From the NCBI GenBank assembly GCA_963674755.2, contig CAXXVS010000003.1, positions 512,001-576,000 on the forward strand: a DNA stretch of 64,000 nucleotides, given 5' to 3'. The notes under the pieces are model-generated. The model did no database searches. It saw only the letters and a program-made list of their open reading frames with translations, and had not been told where the DNA came from. The translations under genes and the position numbers were made by a program. This document shows, piece by piece, positions 60,198 through 64,000 of the stretch. The first letter of the stretch is position 1, and each line of letters starts with the position of its first letter. This DNA comes from Desulfobacterales bacterium. GTDB taxonomy: Bacteria; Desulfobacterota; Desulfobacteria; Desulfobacterales; UBA5852.

Positions 60198-60713
60198 TCA
60201 GGGTTGCGGGGGTTCGATCAGCTTGAGCAGATCGCCTTCGGAGGTAAAGTTCAGCCGGTTCAGGCCCGGGAGGGCGCCCGCCAGGAACACGCGTCCCGCC
60301 AGGCGGTAGGTCAATTCAAAGTCTTCCGGCGAACGATGGCTGCCGGCCATCAGGCGCACCATCAGAAGGATGAAGTCGCTGGCCGAGGCGTAGATCGTCA
60401 CCGGGTAGACCAGGGTTCCCAGGGCGGGGAGCTCGGCCGCCTGGTTGGAGACCCCCGAAGCGATGGTGCTGTCGTTGATCTCCAGCCGGCAGTCGATCCC
60501 CTTGAGATCGAGGGAGACATCGTTGGGATTGATCAGGCGCAATTCGAGCTGAAAAGCGGTTTCCATATCACTGGACGGCTGCTGGGTCATGCTGATCATG
60601 CTGATCCGGGGCGGCTCCAGCGAGGGGTTCAGGCTGGCGCAGCCCCCCATCAGCAAAAGACTCAGAACGACCGACAAGGCCATGGCGCCGGTCAGCGACC
60701 TCACACTATGCAT
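60198..60713 (-). CDS. LEA type 2 (WHy domain) lipoprotein
   Basis: Lipobox MGGC; LRLINPN motif; IASG. Confidence 0.8.
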   Translation of the reverse strand: MHSVRSLTGAMALSVVLSLLLMGGCASLNPSLEPPRISMISMTQQPSSDMETAFQLELRLINPNDVSLDLKGIDCRLEINDSTIASGVSNQAAELPALGTLVYPVTIYASASDFILLMVRLMAGSHRSPEDFELTYRLAGRVFLAGALPGLNRLNFTSEGDLLKLIEPPQP

Positions 60714-60732
60714 GATGCCATCCTCCCCGTGC

Positions 60733-62751
60733 CTATTGCTGGTTCAAGAGACCCTTCAGCACGCCTTTGGCGGTATCTTCAAGGGGTTTCAGGTCTTTAT
60801 TCTTCTCAAAGACCTTGTCCAACTCCCCGGAGTCGATGAGCTGTTTCTGGATTTGCTCTTTGGCGATGGCCTTCAGATCCGGTGCAAACGTCGGGTTCTG
60901 AAAGCTCCCGCTGATCAGAACAGGGACCTTGATCGCCTTGAGGTCCTCGCTGCTGCGCTGCCCCTTGAGTGTGGCGACATATTCGGGTTCGACCCGAAAA
61001 TCCATCTTTTCGGTCACCAGGTTGGCCTGCCCCTGGGCCTTGACGCCGATCACGGGCGACTTCAGTTCGGTGGCTTCGGTTACAAAGGTGCCGTTGCGCA
61101 GGGTAAAGGGGACATTGAATTCGCTGAACTCGGTTTGGGAGCCGTCGGAGGCGGCTGTTCCACCCTCGCCGAAGGCTGCCTGGACATTGCGCACCATGGC
61201 CCCCAGGTCGATGCCCTTGATGGCGCCATCGCTGAAGTTCAGCTGGCCGCCGCCGTTCAGGGTCTGCTTGATGCGATCCGCGTTGTCACCCTGGAACTGC
61301 AAGCTGACCTGGGAGTTAAGGAGGCCTTCGAGGATATCCTTCTGGGCCACGTCCTTGATCAGAGGGCCGGCGGTGACTTTCTGAAGACTGAGTTTCAGAT
61401 CGGTACGGGGTTGGCTCTGGCTGACATCCATGGTGCCGGTGATATTGGCGGTCCCGCCATACAGGTCGCACGCCAGGGGCTCGATCTGAAAGCGGCCGTT
61501 CCGGGCTGCGATCTGAAAGCGTACGTTTTGCATATGCGCTTTGGCCGCCGTGAGCTTGCCCACCGCCAGGCGGCCATCCAGGATCAGCCGCCGCAGGGGG
61601 GCATAGTCCGTACGCTTGGCTTTCCCGGCGGGTTGGCTGCTCTCGGTTGCCGATTTTTCGCCGGGGGCGGTCTTCGTCTTGGCCGGCAGGTAGCGGTCGA
61701 GATCCAGGGCGTCCATCTTGACGTCAAAGGAGAGGTCGGGCCGCTGGAAATCCTTGGCGGCCAGGGTGAAATCGGTTTGCGTATCGTCCAGCACCAGAAC
61801 GCCGTTTTGCAGACTGACCTGGGTGGCGCTGCCCTTGACGTTGGCTTTAAGGGACACTTTGTTGAGAACAGCGGGGTCGCTGGTCTGCACCGGGAGGGGC
61901 TGTCCGAGACGCTCAAGGAGCTTGCGCGGCGAAAAGGCCGCCACTTCCAGGGCCATGTCAACGGAAGGCTTGCCGGTCAGATCCCGGGCCGTCCCCTTCA
62001 GGTTGGCGTTGATTTCGTCCAGGGCGGAAATCTGCATGTCAAACGCCAGGGGTTGGCTGCCCGGCGGGTTGCCCAGGGGACCGGCCGTGCCTTCGATTTT
62101 CAACGGCTGATTGTTGATGCGGGTGGAAAAGGTCAGCTTGACGGGGCCGTCCAGGGATACATTGGACAGGGCCAGGTTGATCTCCGATACCGTTTCGGTT
62201 TTGCCGGAGGCATGGTCGATATAGGTCAACGTGCCGTTTTGCACGGCGATCTCTTCGGCCGTCAGGGACTGCAGGGCGAACCCCGGGGAGGCGTCGCCGG
62301 TCTTGTTCTTGGTATCCGACGCCGGCGTGGGCGCCGATGGGGTGGCGGCAGCGGATTTGAAGTTCCAGTTGGTGCGGCCATCCTTGTCCTTGACGAGGAC
62401 GATTTGGGGATCCTGCAGAACGATCCGTTTGATTTCCACCTTGCGGGAGAGGAGCGGCAGCAATTTGACCCGGGCTTCGAAATCCCCGACTTTGAGCAGG
62501 TCGGTCTCCTTGAACCCCTGGGGATTGCCGAGTTCCAAATCGCTTAGCGACAGGCCGACCCACGGGAAAACCGACAGCCCGATATCGCCCCCGATCTTGA
62601 AGCTGCGACCGGTGGCCTCTTGAACCTTGGCCTCGATTTGGGGCTTGTAGCTGTTGACGTTCACCAGCAGAGGAATCAGGACGACAGCGGCGACCAGCAG
62701 GATCACCAGGGTACCGCCGCCGATCAACAACCATTTGACAATACGATTCAT
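60733..62751 (-). CDS. AsmA family protein
   Basis: N-terminal TM anchor, YKPQIE..ATGR..IGGDI, LLPLLS, NW, LDLDRYL, LYGG, GAIKGIDL. Confidence 0.9.
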   Translation of the reverse strand: MNRIVKWLLIGGGTLVILLVAAVVLIPLLVNVNSYKPQIEAKVQEATGRSFKIGGDIGLSVFPWVGLSLSDLELGNPQGFKETDLLKVGDFEARVKLLPLLSRKVEIKRIVLQDPQIVLVKDKDGRTNWNFKSAAATPSAPTPASDTKNKTGDASPGFALQSLTAEEIAVQNGTLTYIDHASGKTETVSEINLALSNVSLDGPVKLTFSTRINNQPLKIEGTAGPLGNPPGSQPLAFDMQISALDEINANLKGTARDLTGKPSVDMALEVAAFSPRKLLERLGQPLPVQTSDPAVLNKVSLKANVKGSATQVSLQNGVLVLDDTQTDFTLAAKDFQRPDLSFDVKMDALDLDRYLPAKTKTAPGEKSATESSQPAGKAKRTDYAPLRRLILDGRLAVGKLTAAKAHMQNVRFQIAARNGRFQIEPLACDLYGGTANITGTMDVSQSQPRTDLKLSLQKVTAGPLIKDVAQKDILEGLLNSQVSLQFQGDNADRIKQTLNGGGQLNFSDGAIKGIDLGAMVRNVQAAFGEGGTAASDGSQTEFSEFNVPFTLRNGTFVTEATELKSPVIGVKAQGQANLVTEKMDFRVEPEYVATLKGQRSSEDLKAIKVPVLISGSFQNPTFAPDLKAIAKEQIQKQLIDSGELDKVFEKNKDLKPLEDTAKGVLKGLLNQQ

Positions 62752-63261
62752 GGTCGGCTCCTTTCAGCCGTAGGATGGGCAGGGGCCCTCATGCCCCGCG
62801 TCATTTTGTGACATAATCAAAATGGGTGGTTTGTCGGCCGGATTTCAAGACGGGTGAAGGTTCGGAACCGACAACCGTTCAGTTGCATAGGAGACACTGT
62901 CGCGCAAAGAACGCTTGGTTTGCATGAATGGCGGTTAGAGGCGCGTTGTCGTTTCCGTTCCATGGGCTCATGGTACCTGTTCCGGCGGGTGACACGGACG
63001 CCCGCTCAAAGGCGCGCAACATGCATCAGGCAGACACGTCATCGCGTCGTGTCCATCCAGAAATGGCATCTTTCGGCCTTTGGCGGCGTTCTCGCCTGTT
63101 TTCAATCCTTGAAATAGTGAACTATTCCTCCGGTTTAAACCACGCGCGGGTTTTGCCAGAAACCAAAATCGACCATTTATGAGCGGACTCTAAATAGGGA
63201 AAACTAGGGATAGGTCATGGCAGTGTCAAGATGGTGTGCGGCCTGTCTTGGGCGTCGGTGG

Positions 63262-63771
63262 TCAGGCATAGTGGCCCAGGATCATCTCCCGGGCCCGGGC
63301 CCATTCGCTTTCCGTATTGAACATGTAGCGGGCGAACCCGATGGCTTCCGCCTTCTTGACGATGGCGATCAGTCCGCCGACCTCGATCACCCGGTCGAAG
63401 CGCTCCCATGGAATAGTTTTCCGGTCAGTTCCCCGTTTCAGGTGGATGCCGTCCTTTTTAAGAAGGCCGTTGCGCTGAATGCAGGCTTGCTCGTAGAGTT
63501 TCTGCTGCGATCGGCGGGCCGCGGAATTCATCAGGTGATACCCGACGGCCATGAACGTCCCCAGGAAGGCCAGCAGAAGAAAGGCCGGGACCATGGCGAC
63601 GCGCATTTGTGAGAGTGCCAGGGCCACCGCGCCCAGTATGGCCGCTGTCACGAGCACGGCGGGCGGCACCCGGCGGGGCTTGACGACCCGCTGTACCTTG
63701 AGGCTGTCCTCGAAAGTGAGGTAGCCTTTGAATCGGATTGCCTGTTCCGTCATGTTGCCGTCTTTTTTCAT
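63262..63771 (-). CDS. Two-TM membrane protein with YcxB-like C-terminal domain
   Basis: Two hydrophobic helices followed by GIHL..IPWERF; family call tentative; start may be 63753. Confidence 0.6.
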   Translation of the reverse strand: MKKDGNMTEQAIRFKGYLTFEDSLKVQRVVKPRRVPPAVLVTAAILGAVALALSQMRVAMVPAFLLLAFLGTFMAVGYHLMNSAARRSQQKLYEQACIQRNGLLKKDGIHLKRGTDRKTIPWERFDRVIEVGGLIAIVKKAEAIGFARYMFNTESEWARAREMILGHYA

Positions 63772-63789
63772 GAAGCCCCGTCCCGTTGC

Positions 63790-63999
63790 TTAGGATGTTG
63801 CGGATGGATCGACAGGCCGGAAGCGCCCTCCGGCCCGGCTTCTGGCCGCCTCCCATTTGATTTTCAGGAAGATATACAACAGCAGGAGGTTTTCGAAGCG
63901 CTGGATCTTGATCTTCCGGCCGTCGGTCGTCTGGATCTTGATGCACAAATAGGCCGTGTGCTGGTCGCCGTGGAGATCGAAAACCAGCTTGTGAATACG
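63790..63999 (-). CDS. 3' end of a hypothetical protein entering from beyond the window
   Basis: 69 open codons (RIHKLVFDLH...PSATS) ending at TAA just before the next gene; GC3-rich. Confidence 0.55.
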   Translation of the reverse strand, partial: RIHKLVFDLHGDQHTAYLCIKIQTTDGRKIKIQRFENLLLLYIFLKIKWEAARSRAGGRFRPVDPSATS

Positions 64000-64000
64000 G

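Overview
GC-rich chromosomal DNA, most consistent with an anaerobic deltaproteobacterium such as Desulfobacterales (inferred from gene content and style, not proven). I saw no rRNA, tRNA, CRISPR array, transposase or prophage. The window has four parts. (1) 3.2-30.7 kb: a nitrogen-assimilation supercluster (glnD-amt-PII-glnA, PII-amt, glnE, a three-gene split glutamate synthase, carAB, purF) with three sigma54 promoters, each preceded by tandem ACA-W4-TGT palindromes. (2) 32.6-51.5 kb: an IclR-associated catabolic island for an unknown carboxylate (TTT, TRAP, MFS and AEC transporters, ThDP enzyme, TIM-barrel enzyme, two dehydrogenases, acylating ALDH, HMG-CoA-lyase-like enzyme, aroD, aroE). 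(3) 51.5-55.7 kb: a DAHP synthase-aroB-aroK/aroB operon under a complete Phe/Tyr leader-peptide attenuator that the ORF track misses. (4) 55.7-64 kb: a cNMP-domain Ser/Thr kinase with a PP2C-PilZ-like partner, a motif-degenerate YchF-like gene whose RBS lies in a long hairpin, and envelope genes. All calls come from reading motifs by eye; no searches were run.
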